Assembly: GCF_009914755.1 (NCBI RefSeq)
Contig: NC_060939.1
Length of the DNA stretch: 64,000 nt
Source of the DNA: the human T2T-CHM13v2.0 reference genome, Homo sapiens
Direction: 5' to 3' (one strand)
Shown one piece after another: positions 12,781 through 29,436 of this stretch. The notes under the pieces were generated by a model that was not told the DNA's origin, ran no database searches, and worked only from the letters and a program-made list of their open reading frames with translations. The translations under genes and the position numbers were made by a program. Numbering within the stretch: position 1 is the first letter of the stretch; each line of letters starts with the position of its first letter.

Positions 12781-14833
12781 TTCCTGGTCTGATAGATAAG
12801 TAGCACCTACTGTCCAGAGACAATTCTGTGGAGCCCAGGCCTCAAGGACCTCAAGGTTACTGTGGGTCCCCAGAGTGCCCTCTCCAGCAGGTGCAGCCAG
12901 TGCTGGGGTGAGGCGGAGAGAAGACACTGGTGAACTTGGTGATGCTGTGGCTCCCATGGGGTGGTGTCGTGTCCCTGACCAGCCAGCACCGCTTAACCAG
13001 CTCCATGGGCAAACCCACAGTTACCACGCGATGGAAGGCACAGTGCCCCCTCTGCACTGTCTAAAGGAGGTCAACTCTGTAGGGCAGACAGCTACCTAAA
13101 TGACAATAATGAAAGATGAAGTTAATAAGCGCATGCCTAATGGAGATACATGTCATAGTAGATGATATTCCTGAGGCTGCAGCAGCTGGCGAGGAAGTAA
13201 GTGAAGAAGAAAACAATGTATCAGAAAAGTGGAAGAATGAGATGACATTTAAAAACAAAAAAAAAATGACATTACAGACACTTAAATGATCAAAAACCTT
13301 TTCTGCTAAATGATGTCAATCAACCACATTGTATCATCAGAATGTCTTTTGCCACGATTTCCACACATATTAGAGTAGCTCAGCTTCATCAGTTCTGACA
13401 ATAGGCAGAACGCTTTGCTTCTCATGGATACAAGCATGCATTATGCTAGTTCCATCGGCAGTTAATGATCCCAAATTGCTGATCCACAGAAATAAGATGG
13501 GAGTTTCAGGTTCTTTGGAGACTTGTTCTTGCTATTCCTAGATTCCCACCAGCACTGGACACATAGCAAAGCCCCTGAGATAATTGCTGACTAACTGAAT
13601 GAATGAATGAGTGAGCAAAGAAGTGAACAGATCAGTAAACACAAAACTGGGACTCTTCCTGAAAAATGGTTACGGCTGGAATTTTGATCAATTGTGTAAG
13701 TTGTCAGCACATCAATCACAATAGAAATCACAGCCTGGGTCCTTCCTGCTAACATGGAGGAGCAGGGAGAGGGGCTGGGAAAGTGGGGCTGAGACCCGCA
13801 CAGTGGAGCAGAGTTGCCAGGCTGCAGGGCTGCCTTGGGGGCAAATTGGGAAGAGGTGCTCCTTCCTGTGGGAGGTCAGGGCATGGCTGTCATCCCCTCA
13901 GCCCAGCACCCCTCTGTAGGGCGCAGCACAACAGGGCACCAGAGAAGGGCCGTGGGGGCTGGAGCTGTGGCTCGGGGGGCTTCCCACAGGTTCTTTCTGA
14001 GAAAAGAAATTAGTTGATTGGGAAAGGGTGGCCGAAGGGCTTACACACACTTGCCCACAGTGACCTTCCTCCTTAATTATGCTCCCTTTATAAATTAGTG
14101 CTTCTCACTTGGAAGGTCTCAGATACAAATAAACACCAGAAATGAAGAGTTAGTACAACCAAAGCCACAACTGAATGCAAGAAATGAAAACCCGCTCAGA
14201 ACAAAGAGGCCGACATACAGGAAGGTAAAGAACACAGAAACAGCAGTGAGCAGTAAAGCTTCTATAAAATTAAATCTAAAGGGGTCATGAAGATGTGAAG
14301 GGATGCTGTGATTTAAGGGCTAAGGAGGAGTGACATAGAAAAGACATCCCAAAGAGCTTACACTCTAACACATTTCGCCTGGAACTAAATGACTTTAAAC
14401 CACCGCAGGAAAACCCAGAAGCTGGCCATGGTGTGGGAGGAGGAGGGAAGTGACGCACTCCAAAGAAATGACAGGGTAAGAAGAAAGTCATGCTGAGGAA
14501 AGCACAAAACACCAAGACACACAGATGCCAAGAGACGCCTTCTTCTCTGGGACTAGTGGTTGCCTGGTTAATGAATAAGAAAGTTATTTAAAGTGGGGAG
14601 TTTCACACACACATACACATGCAAACATAATACATACATACTGAACCCATTTTACTTTAACTTAAATCCTGTATATGTGGAGAAATTCATAGAAAGACAC
14701 AAACTACCAAAACAGACTTGAGAAGAATAGAAAATGTGACAAGAGATTGAATTAGTAATAATACAACTACCCGCAAGGAAAAGTGCAGGCTCAGATGGCT
14801 TCACTGGTGAACTCTATCAAATATTTAAAGAAG

Positions 14834-15448
<615 letters not shown>

Positions 15449-15714
15449 TTTAATGAATAATTAATACAAATTCTTCATAACAATCTTCCAACAAACGGAA
15501 GAGGAAGAAACACTTCCAAACTCTTCTATTAATATGAAAAGGATTACTTATCATAACCAAGTGGGATTTATCTCGCAAATGCAAGGTTGGCTTAACATCA
15601 GAAAAATCAATCTGTGTAATTCAACATATTAATAGAACAGAGGACAAAAACCCTATGGTCATCTCAATAGATGCAGAAAAAGCATTTGACAAAATCCAAC
15701 TTTCTTTTTGATAA

Positions 15715-16032
<318 letters not shown>

Positions 16033-17042
16033 CAACCAACAAACTAGGAATAGAAGGGAACTTCCTGAATCTGATCAACAGCATCTATGAAAAACCCACA
16101 GCTAACATACTACTTAATGGTGACAGACTGGATGCTTCCCCTAGATACAAGCTAAGAAAGTCCACTCTCACTGCTTCTATTCAACATCGTAGTGGAGGTT
16201 CCAGCCAGGGCAATCAGGAAAGAAGACAAGATGAAAGACATCCAGAGTGAAGTAAACTGATTTCTATTTGCAGGTGACATGATTTTGCATATAGAAAGAA
16301 TCCAGAGAAAAGCCCAACAACAATAAAGCTCAAAATGAGTTCAGCATGGTTTCAGGATATGAGATCAATATAAAAAATCATTTGTATTTCTATATATTAG
16401 CAATGAATGATCTGAAAATTTAATTAAGATAGTAATTCCATTTATGATAGCATCAAGAAGAATAAGATACTCAGGAATAAATTTAACAAAAAAGCAAAAC
16501 TTGCACACTGAAAACCGTGAATATAACTGAAAGAAATTAAAGAACATCTAAATGAATGGAAGGGTACCTCATGTCCATAGGTTGGAGGACTTACTATTGT
16601 TAAGATGACAATATTCCTGAAACTGATCCACAGATTAACCACAATCCTCATCAAAATCCCGGGTGGATTGTTTGCAGAAGTTGACAAACTCAACCTAAAG
16701 TTCATATGAAATCAAAGGGCACAGAATATCCAAAACAATGTTCAAAAACTACAGAACTGGAGGGCTCACACGTCCACACGTCAAAACTTACTATGAGGCT
16801 ACAGCAATCGAAACCATGTGGCACTGGCATCAGGACAGACATAGGTCAATGGAATAGAATTGAGAGTCCAGAAATAAACACGTATATCTATGGTCAATTG
16901 AGTCTGACTAATGTTACCAAGACCATTCAACGGGGAAAGATTCATTTTTTCAACAAATGGTGTTGGAAACAGAACAAAGCTGGACCCCTACCTCACACAG
17001 TGTATAACAATGAACTCAAAATGGTCTAAACACCTATGTGCA

Positions 17043-17453
<411 letters not shown>

Positions 17454-17716
17454 TCATCCAAATTGAAACTTTTGTGCATCAAGTGAAAAGATAACCCACA
17501 GGGTGGGAGAGAAATTTACAAATTATATATCTGATAAGGGGGTTGTGCCTGAAATACAGAAATAACTTTTACAACTCAGTAATAAAAAGACAAATAACCC
17601 AATTTTAAAAATAGGCAAAAGGTCTGAAAAACATTTCTGTAGGGAAAATATACAAATAGCCACAAGTGCATGAAAGTATGTTCACCATCATTAATTATCA
17701 GGGAAATGCAAATCCA

Positions 17717-18070
17717 AACCACAATGAAATACCACTTCACCACCACTACGATGGTTATAATTAAAAGAAAGATCATAAGTGTTGGCGTGGATGTGAAGAA
17801 ACTGGAACCAAAATGAAATACCACTTCACCACCATGATGGTTATAATTAAAAGAAAGATCATAAGTGTTGGCGTGGATGTGAAGAAACTGGAACCAAAAT
17901 GAAATACCACTTCACCACCATGATGGTTATAATTAAAAGAAAGATCATAAGTGTTGGCGTGGATGTGAAGAAACTGGAACCACAATGAAATACCACTTCA
18001 CCACCACTAAGATGGTTACAATTAAAAGAAAGATCATAAATGTTGGAGTGGATGTGAAGAAACTGGAACC
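17717..18070. repeat. Tandem repeat, 4 copies of an 86-89 bp L1-derived unit
   Basis: aatgaaataccacttcacc recurs at 17723, 17812, 17898 and 17984. Confidence 0.97.
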
Positions 18071-18751
18071 CTCATGGTCTCACGGTGGGAATGTAAAATG
18101 GCACAGCTGCTTTGGAAAACAATCTTGCAGTTCCTCAAAAACAGAATCATCCTTATGACCCAGCAATTCCCCTCCAAGGTATATACTCAAGATAAATTAA
18201 AACATATGTTGACACAAAAACTTGTACAAGGATGTTCATAACAGCATTATTAATAACAGCCAAGAAGGCAAACAGCCCATATGAACATCAACTGATGAAT
18301 AAGCAAAATGTAGTATACTGATACAACAGGATATACTGTTGAGCCGTAAAAAAGAATGAAATGTTGGTACATGTAGAAACATGAATGAACCTTGAAAACA
18401 TCATGCTAAATGAAAGAAGCCAGACACAAACGGCCACATGTTGTATCATTCAATTTATATGGAACATGCAGAACAGGCAAATCCATGGATACAGAAAGTA
18501 GATTAGTGGTTTCCTAGGGCTGAGAGGTGGGAAGGAAATAGGGTGACTGCTAAAGGCTATAGGGTCTCTCTTGGGGATAATAAAAATGTTCTAAAATGGA
18601 TTGTGGTGAAGGTTGTACAACTCTGTGAAGATATTAAAACCGCTGAATTTTAAATGGAGGAATTGTATGATAGGTGAATTGTATCTCAAGACAGCTGTTA
18701 CCCGATCCCCCATCTCACAGATCCCTGGTAAAAGAAAAAAACCATTTATAA

Positions 18752-19060
18752 AGTGTCCCTCTGAATCCACAAGGAATTGCTTCCAGAACCTCCTCTGCCA
18801 CTGGATACTAAAATCGGTGGAGGGTGAAGTCTTTTACATAAAATAATGTTGTATGTGGACATAACCTACACACATCCTCCTGTATACTTTGAATCATCTC
18901 TAGAATACTTCTAACACCTAATACAATATAAATGCTATGGAAATAGTTGTTATACTGTATTGTTTTTTATTTATATTTTTGTTGTTGTTTTGTTATTTTT
19001 ATTGTGTTTTTTCCTTGAATAGTGTCGATCCACGGTTGGCTCAGTGGGGGCTGACTGTAC
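18752..19060. mobile_element. MER2 (TcMar-Tigger) non-autonomous transposon
   Basis: acctacacacatcctcctgtatacttt...aatgctatggaaatagttgttatactgtattg MER2 core. Ends gctgactgta. Confidence 0.8.
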
Positions 19061-19254
19061 ATACATGGACTGACCTTTTTCTGCCTGAGTAAAGCCTTTT
19101 CTGAGAGTCAGTCTGCTGTGTGGAGTGCCTCGTGGTCTTTCCTGCATAAGCTGCATCCATAAGACATGAATCTAACAACCCTTTTCTGTGTTTTTAAAGT
19201 GGGGCTAGAGCTGAAAGGCACTTGTCAAGCAATGTGTATGTGGACTCCCTCCAG

Positions 19255-19557
<303 letters not shown>

Positions 19558-20489
19558 CCTCTAGATTTTTATCAGCATTTATCGCAACCGCCATAGTTGT
19601 CTCACTTGCATCTAATGGACAGCAATACATTCAGCAGCACCCCCTTTCACCGAACCTTTCCAAAGAACTCGACTGTGCTGTACCAGAAACAATTATCTTT
19701 CTGCACTCATATTTCATGGCTTTACATAGTACTAGAATATGTAATTACAACAAATATCACTGGCATAAACTAGTTAGGAATAGCTACAACTGTCCCTTGG
19801 AAAGCTCATGGCCCAGCTTCCTGGAGCAGAAATGGCGCAGGGGTGAACTGCGGAAGCTACTGGTAGGGAATGGTTCGCACAGCCAGCCTGGCTCAAGCCT
19901 CGGCCCACATGGCAAGAGCCGACCTCCATGTGGCCACCACGTTCCTTCAAATCCCATTCCCACAGATGAGCGGACTCATCCCATCAGCAGCTCTGTGAGG
20001 ACAGCAGGGCACACGCTTCATCTTTAGAGCCGAGGAAACGGGGTCCCACAGGCAGTGATGTGCCCAAGATTGTGCCAGTCCCATAGGGCGCCATGGCCAC
20101 CCTCTGAATCCACAGGGAAGTGTGGATTCACCCACCACCAGCTCTCTTTTGCCTCGCCCATGACTCTCAAGCCCGGCAGCAGAGCCGGGGGTCTCATCAC
20201 GAGAGCAGAGCCTTGGGCTCCCGCGGTACCCGTCACAGACCGGAAAGGATGTGCTGGCAGGAAGCCGGATATTTCTGCTTCCAAGCCAGGGTGTGAGGCA
20301 AACTCACCCACAAAGTACTCAGCGAGGAAACAACAGGGCTTCTGACGGCAGCCGCTGTCGCCGCAGCCTGCCTTTCCCTTGCACAGTATTTTCTGCTGGT
20401 AAAGAGCCTCAGCCCACCGCGTCTGCAGACATTGCTGCGACGTCCCAGTGACAGACTGATATTCCCTACACATTTCAAATCCAACACAT

Positions 20490-20660
20490 CACACGTATTA
20501 GGGATCTCCAGGCATCCCATTCATTCCACTTCACAGGTGAGGAAACTGAGGCACAGGTAGGTTCAGTGACACACCCAGAGTCACCTGCCTCGAATGCAGA
20601 AGAGGTGGGACTCAGACCCTGGAGCGCCTGGCTTGAGAAGCACGGCTCCACGCCTGCTCA
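20490..20660 (-). mobile_element. MIR
   Basis: cacaggtgaggaaactgaggcacag core. Confidence 0.8.
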
Positions 20661-21278
20661 TGCCCCACCCATCACAACTACAGAGCGACTCTGCACACTG
20701 CTGTTATACTCGTATATGCTCTTATAAAGAGAATTTACTTTATTCTTATTTAGTTGGCAATTTTCATTTTAAAGCATAAAACCAGGAGAATGCAAACTTT
20801 TAGCATTTACATGCCTTTAGTTCTGTAAGTTTGGTCAAATGGATGTGATATTTACAGATCAATAGTAAAATCTGCTGAGGTGAGGAGAAGCCCCTGGTAC
20901 TTAACCTTTCCTTTACAGAACACGTTGGAGAAAATTGCCAACATGAGGCCCCGATGAACAAGGGCAGAAGTTCAAGGCTACCTTAGAACTGCTTAATTAG
21001 ATACCTTTCAGAAAGGGCAGCCTGGCTGTGACAGCTGTGTGGATATACACCGGGAGGGAGAGACTCCCATGGCATGCAATTAGGACCAAAGAATTTTTAA
21101 CGTCTTGGTAATGATGCTCTCTGGCCCTGTATCTTGATTAACTGGATGTTGACTGCCACAGGGTGAATGACAAAGAAGAGCACATTAAAAAAACCCACTA
21201 TAAGAACCAGCTGCCTTTTCTTGCATAAGATGCATAAATCATTGCGTGGGAAGCAGCGTAGGTCTCAAAGGGGCAAAT

Positions 21279-21372
21279 TGAGAGACAGAGAGACAGAAAG
21301 AGACCGAGGCAGAAAGACACACACAGAGACAGAGAGAGACAGACACACACTCATACACACACACACGCGTGC
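21279..21372. repeat. (GA)n/(CA)n compound microsatellite
   Basis: Directly visible. Confidence 0.9.
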
Positions 21373-22039
21373 GCATAGATATTCCTACCCTTACCATGGA
21401 AGAACAATATTTTTTCATCAATTTCTCTTTGTTGTACTCAGTAGCATTCTGATCAGTAGGCTGTGTTCCATTCACATTGAAACAGGAAGAGCGTTCATTA
21501 TTTATGAGATGTGTATTTATAAATGTGTATTAATAACCCACATATTATAACATGTGTTAGTGAACCATGCTCCGGGCCTCCTCGCTGCCCCTGGGAGTGA
21601 CAGGTCTTCTTGTGTATGACCCTGGGCAAAGGGTCAAATGATGGCCAGTGACTGGCCTCTGGAGTATGAGCTCAGGGTTCATTAGCAAATCAAAAATGCA
21701 CAGGTTAGCAATTTTCCAACTGGAAAAGAACTGATCTTCTAACACCTCTAAACTTCCCGGATTAAAAGAGAATTCTGAAGCCCGAGGAAGGCACCTTGCT
21801 TTGGAGGTGCTGGGTCCAGGGGATGTCCAGGGCTGCAGGAATTTCACTACATGACTCAAGGGCACATGCCAGGGGCCATCCTAGAGAACACGACAGTGGC
21901 AGAACCCTGTCAATATGGAGCTCCAACAACACCTAAAATAAATACATCAGCGGCGCCACGTGTGCAGATGCTTGGTCTTCCAGAGGGCAACACAAGGTGG
22001 CCTCCAGGTGCCATGGACTGTCAGGGGCCGCTGTCCTCA

Positions 22040-22285
<246 letters not shown>

Positions 22286-23659
22286 TTAGCCCTCCTGCCA
22301 GGGCCCAGAATGAGCGAGGTCGATGACCATCCACTTCATGGAGGTTTTGTTTTGTGTGTGTCTGTGTTTTCCTCATAATCAAAATTGGCCTTTCATAGAA
22401 ACACATTCGTTTATTCCGTTACAATGATGAGCAAAGTATTCATAATACTCAACAATGTGTTTTACAATTTTGATAATTATTAGGTAGTCAGTAACATGTC
22501 TAAGGAAATCATAAGGTGGCCAACATTTAAGGAGGTGGGCCATTTTTATCAAACACAACCTATAACTCAAGTGAAACTTTTTATCTTGAGATAATTGTAT
22601 ATTCACATGCAATTGTAAGAAATCCTACAGAGAGATCTTGGGTACCCTTTACTCATTCTCCCTTAATGGTAACATTTGGCAAATCTATAGTACAATATCA
22701 CAGCCAGATACTGACATTGGTATAGTCAGGATGCAGAATAGTCCCATCACCACACGGGTCCCCCCAGTGTTGACCTTTTATAGACACACTCACCTCCCTT
22801 TCCCTGCTCCCCATTTAACCCCCAGTTCTGATCCCCTGTCAATCGCTAGTCTGTTCTCCATTTTTTATAATTTTGTCATTTCAAGAATGTTGCATAAGTG
22901 GATTGCACAGCATGTAACCTTTCAGAATTGGCTTTTTCCACTCAGCATAATTCCCTTTAGACTCATCCAGGTTGTTGCATGTATCAGTAGTTGACTTCTT
23001 TTTATTGCTGAGTGGTATTCCACCATATGGATGTACCACATTGGTTTAATCCTCAACAACTGAAGAATATCTGGTTTTTTGGTATTCCAGTTTTCCAGTT
23101 GTGGGCTATTACAAATAAAGCTGTTGTGAGCCTTTGTTTATAGGTTTTTGTGTGAACATAAGTTTTTGTTTCTCCGAGATAAATGTCCAGGAGCACAATT
23201 GCTGATTTGTACAGTAATTGCATGTTTAGTTTTATTTTAAAAACTGAAAAAATGCCTTCCAGAGTGGCTGAACAATTTTTAATTCCCACCAGCAGTGTAT
23301 GAGTGATTGGGTTTCTCTGCATGATTGCCAACATTTGGTGTCACTGTTTGTGTTTTAGCTATTCTCATAGGTGCATAATGATACTCCTTTATAAAATGTT
23401 TTATTTTGCATTTCCCTGATGCTAATGATGTCGAACATCTTTTCATGTGCTTATTTGCCATCTAGAGATCCTCTTTGGTAAAATGTCTGTTCATGTTTTT
23501 TGCCCATTTTCTAATTGATTGTAATGTTTACTTTTTTTTTTTTGTAGTGTTGAGTTATGAGAGTTCTTTATGTATTCTAGGTACTAGTTCTTTGTCAGAT
23601 AGGTGGTTTGCAAATATTTTCCCCCAGACTGTAGCTTGTCTTTTCATGTTTCACATAGA

Positions 23660-24022
23660 GTCTTAGTCAGCTCAGGCTGCTATTACAAAAATACCATAGA
23701 CCAGGTAGCTCTAACAACAGTCACTTCTCACAGTCCTGAAGTCTGGAAGTCTGAGATCAGGGTGCCAGCCTGTTGGATTCTGGTAAGGGCCTGCTTCCTG
23801 GTTGAAGATGGCTAATGTCTCACTGTGTCCTTGCTTAGTGAAAAGAGGGCAGGGGAGCTCTCTGGTGCCTCTTTTAAAAGTGTATTAATCCCATCATGTG
23901 GAATCTACCCTCATGACCTAACAACCTCCCAAAGGCCCTGCCTCCTATTAAATAATAACATATTGGGAATTAGAATTTCAACATATGAATTTTGGAGGGA
24001 CACAAGCATTAAGTCCATTATA
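23660..24022 (-). mobile_element. ERVL-MaLR solo LTR (MLT1A/MST-like)
   Basis: gtcttagtcagctcaggctgc ... caacatatgaattttggagggacaca ... gtcca is the reverse complement of an MLT1A-type consensus. Confidence 0.85.
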
Positions 24023-24177
24023 TCTGAGTTTTTAAAGAACAAAAAATTTTAATGTTCTTGAGATCCAACTGATCAACTTTTGTTCCATACTTTTGGTGTC
24101 AAGTCTAAAACTTTGTCAAGCCCCAGATTGTGAACAGTTTCTCCCATTTTTTTCTGAAAGTTTTTATAGTTTCATAG

Positions 24178-24360
<183 letters not shown>

Positions 24361-25386
24361 ATCATCCATTTTAAGTTAAATTTTGAATAAGATGTGAGTT
24401 TTAGGTTTAGGTTCCTTTTTATGTTTTTAATTTCATTTTCCAAATGTTGTTAGTACATAGAAATGTGATTGATTTTTGTATGTCTATGTGATATCTTGAG
24501 ACTTTGCTGAAATTGATATCTTGGGACTTTGCTGAAATTATTAGTTCTAACAATTTTTTGAAGATGCCAGGGGATTTTCTGTGTAGACAATCAGGCCATC
24601 TGCAAGTGTTTTATTGATTTCCTTCCATTTTATTACCTTTTATTATTATTATTGTTCTTTTTTTTTGCCTCGTGGTGCTAGCTAGAACCTTGAGCATTAT
24701 AAATAAAAATATAAGATGACTAAGATCATGAAAGCAGACATCTCCATCTTGTGCTCTTAGAGGGTAAACTTGATGGAGTTTTAACAGTCGAAGTGCAATA
24801 TAGCCTTCATTGAGAAGCTTACTCTCAAATCCATGTCAGAAATAGAAAAAAAAAAGATTTAGAATGATAGTATGTCCTTCAATTAAATCTTTTCATATAC
24901 AAGTGTACAAAATACTGGACACACTCAAAAAGCTATCAGAAAACATGAATCTTTCACCACAAAGGCTATGGCATTAATCAGATTAGTTTCAGTTATCTAA
25001 TCAAGGGGTTGGCAAGTGCTCAAGAGGAGACGGGGAATGCCACCCTCACTGACATGCTCTGTGCGTGTGCTAGGATGTGGGCACACAGAGTCTAGCAGCA
25101 TCCTCAGGGCTCGTTCATGTATACATGAGCCCATGTGTTCCAATCTGTAACATCCTCTGGACAATTCCCTGTTCTCCTACAAACATCACTGCCCAATCCC
25201 CTTCCTCAGAAGCTGCTCATCAGTTCTCAAGCCCACACTGTGAAACAGTAAAGAAGTGTGATTAGGATAATATCATGGAAGGTGGTTAACATACAGTGTT
25301 TAAACACTTTCCCAAGTTTATAGAACCCCATGCACATGTGAAGGCAGAAAAATGAGTCCTGAACTTAAGAAGCGTTAGGCAGAACC

Positions 25387-25760
<374 letters not shown>

Positions 25761-26531
25761 CTATCCGAGTCCCTGAATGATGTGGGAACAGGCACTGTTC
25801 CTGTGTGAGCACCAGGCACTGTTATCACTAATCCTTTCAGGCAGTTCTTTTCCCAGACTCAGGTCGTTTCTTCATATGCACGTGCTAACCAGCATCCAAC
25901 TGACAACTCCAGGCAGACCCTCTGAAGACCCCCATGTTTCTCTCCTGGTGCAGCTCTGCCCTCGATGGTGCTCTGTCCTAAGAACTCTTGTCTCCAGGCC
26001 TTGATCCCCCTCAGACTCTCAGCCCTCTACGCCCACCCCAGGGAGTCTGCAGGGACCCTGCTGTGTTCCCTTTCCAGCACTGAACCTGGAAACTGTCTCA
26101 AGGCAGTAAGCTGGGGCAATCGTAGGGCTCACCTCATTTATCACCCACCCCTCAGGGATCAGGGTTCTTCATTGCCTGATAGTGTCTTCCTACACTGTGT
26201 TCATTTTGGGGGGCTGTTTCAGGCAGGAGGTTAAATCCAATGTCCTGCTACTCCATCTTGGCCAGAAGCTCTTGGTGGCTTTTTTGTTTGCGTTTTCTAA
26301 TGTTTGTAGCAGGACTAGGCGGACTGCCTTAGGGATCCTACTATAGGCATCTCCACTGCCCTCCCTGCTCCTACAGCTGCTAGACATGGAGCAGGATGGG
26401 GGCTTAGTTGTGGCAAACAGCAGGCACAGGTGGGGCTGGAGGGAGGCTGAGGAGCCTAGATTGTATTTTGCAGGTAATGGAATGCCACTGAAGATGTGTG
26501 ATGCTGGGAAAGAGGTCATACAACCTGTTTT

Positions 26532-26873
<342 letters not shown>

Positions 26874-27224
26874 CATGCAACCTGTTTTGAGAATTGATTG
26901 AGAAAGACACCTTTGCAGGGAGGGCCTAGCACAGAACTATAGATGGAGTAAACATCGGTTGAAGTGAGACTGGACACAGGGCAGTGACCCGTGAGGCGGT
27001 ACCGGAGAGGAGTCAAGCAGAGCCCAGGAGGAGGCATGCAGATGCCGGTCTGAGGGTGACTCTGAAGTTCAGAACAAAAGGGCGTGGCTGTTTACTGGAG
27101 TAGGGGAGACCGGGATGAGGGTGCAGATATAGTAGAAAGATGATTCTGGTGAGTGGAAACATGAGATGCCTGCGCGTGGGCCAGGGACTGTGGGAGAGAA
27201 GCAGTCTTAACGAACACCTCAGCA

Positions 27225-27506
27225 GGCCAGGCGCAGTGGCTCATGCGAGGCGGGAGGATCACTTGAGGTCAGGAGTTCGAGACCAGTCTGACCAACATGG
27301 TGAAACCCCGTCTCCACTAAAAATATAAAAAAATTAGCCGGGAGAGGTGGCACATGCCTGTAATCCCAGCTACTCAGGAGGCTGAGGCAGGAGAATCGGT
27401 TGAACCTGGGAGGTGGAGGTAGCCGTGAGCCGAGATCATGCCATTGTATTCCAGCCTGGGCGACAAAGCGAGACTCTGTCTGGAAGAAAAAAAATAAAAA
27501 ATAAAA
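27225..27506 (+). mobile_element. AluS with ~25-bp deletion in the left arm
   Basis: ggctcatgc runs straight into gaggcggg, lacking ctgtaatcccagcactttgggagg. TSD aacacct. Confidence 0.9.
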
Positions 27507-28110
27507 CACCTGAAGTGGTCTGGGACATGTGGAGGCTGAGTTACCAGTGGGCCTGACCCACTGAGGTGTTGGCAAATGGTTGGAAATTTGGGGCTGGGGC
27601 TGACGATGGAGATCAGAACTGGAGGTGTGGACCAGGAGTCATCCCTACAGAGTTCAAATGTGCCTTCACCTTGCGGATGTCCTTGATGTATCTGCGGGCC
27701 CCTGTGTGTCCTCATTCCCCTCTCCAGATCCATCAGACTTCAGGGGCCTGGGGGCCTCCGCAGGCTCCCTACAGAAGAGGGCATTTCTTTGATGAAATTA
27801 CCATTCTCACCTCAAAGATACACCTCAGCATAGTTTTCCTCTAAGTGACATGAATTTTGTGCTGGATTCTAGAAAACTGACAGATTTATCCATGTGCGCA
27901 GTAGCTGGCTGGGTGCCTTTTCTCTCCTGTGAGGAAGAGCTTCTAAAATGTCTTAAGGCTCAGCCAGAAGCTTTAGCACATTTTTGAGCAGGAAGTTGGA
28001 CTCACTGTAGTCTTAAAACAATCCTGCTGGTGAATGAAGTCATAATTAGAACTCTTAAGTATGTATTTTATATATCTCAGGAGAACAATTCAAAGTTATA
28101 ACTAAAATAG

Positions 28111-28402
<292 letters not shown>

Positions 28403-28778
28403 AATAGCGACATCTCTTAATGTACCATTGCTAAAATATAAGCAATACCTTTACTTTGTCCTCAATCTAGAAATTTCAACTTTATTGACCACATAATCCA
28501 CTGTCATTTAAATGAATGCCTTTCTAAAAATAATATTAATTTCGCATATGCTACCAAATGAAACTACTCACAGACAGAAACACCAACTCTGACCTCTGTT
28601 TGCATACGCATCATGAGGCAGCCTGCTTTACGTCTCATGAAAGGTATTCATTTGAAATACATGCCAGAAAGACTTTTCCCCTCCAGCTGTTTAAATACTT
28701 GATGTTTTTCTAAGTAACCGCAAACCACCTGGTATTGCGTTTATGTGTTTCTTCAGAATTCTTTTTTGGCTTAAATGA

Positions 28779-29068
<290 letters not shown>

Positions 29069-29436
29069 TAAAATTCCTTTACAAGGTGATTCAAAACGGC
29101 GAATATGTGAGAGAGGCGGGTCTTTCATTGCTGATACTGAGTTTTGCTACTGGATATTCTGATGTTATTAGCTTTTTGATGTTATTAATGTTATAAAGTT
29201 AAGGAAGTTATGTATCTAATAAATGACGTATAGAACAAAAACAAGAGAAAAAAGTTTTAGATACTTGGGCAAAGCTACCGTTGATAAATTATTTTGAAAA
29301 TCTCTCCAGTCTACGTAAGTTATGGATATTAATAATAAGATTAACAGAGAAAAGCGACAGCAATGACAATGTACATACATATAGCCTACACGTTAAAAAC
29401 ATTAAAGAGTTCAGGACATTGAGCGGGTCGTGGTAG

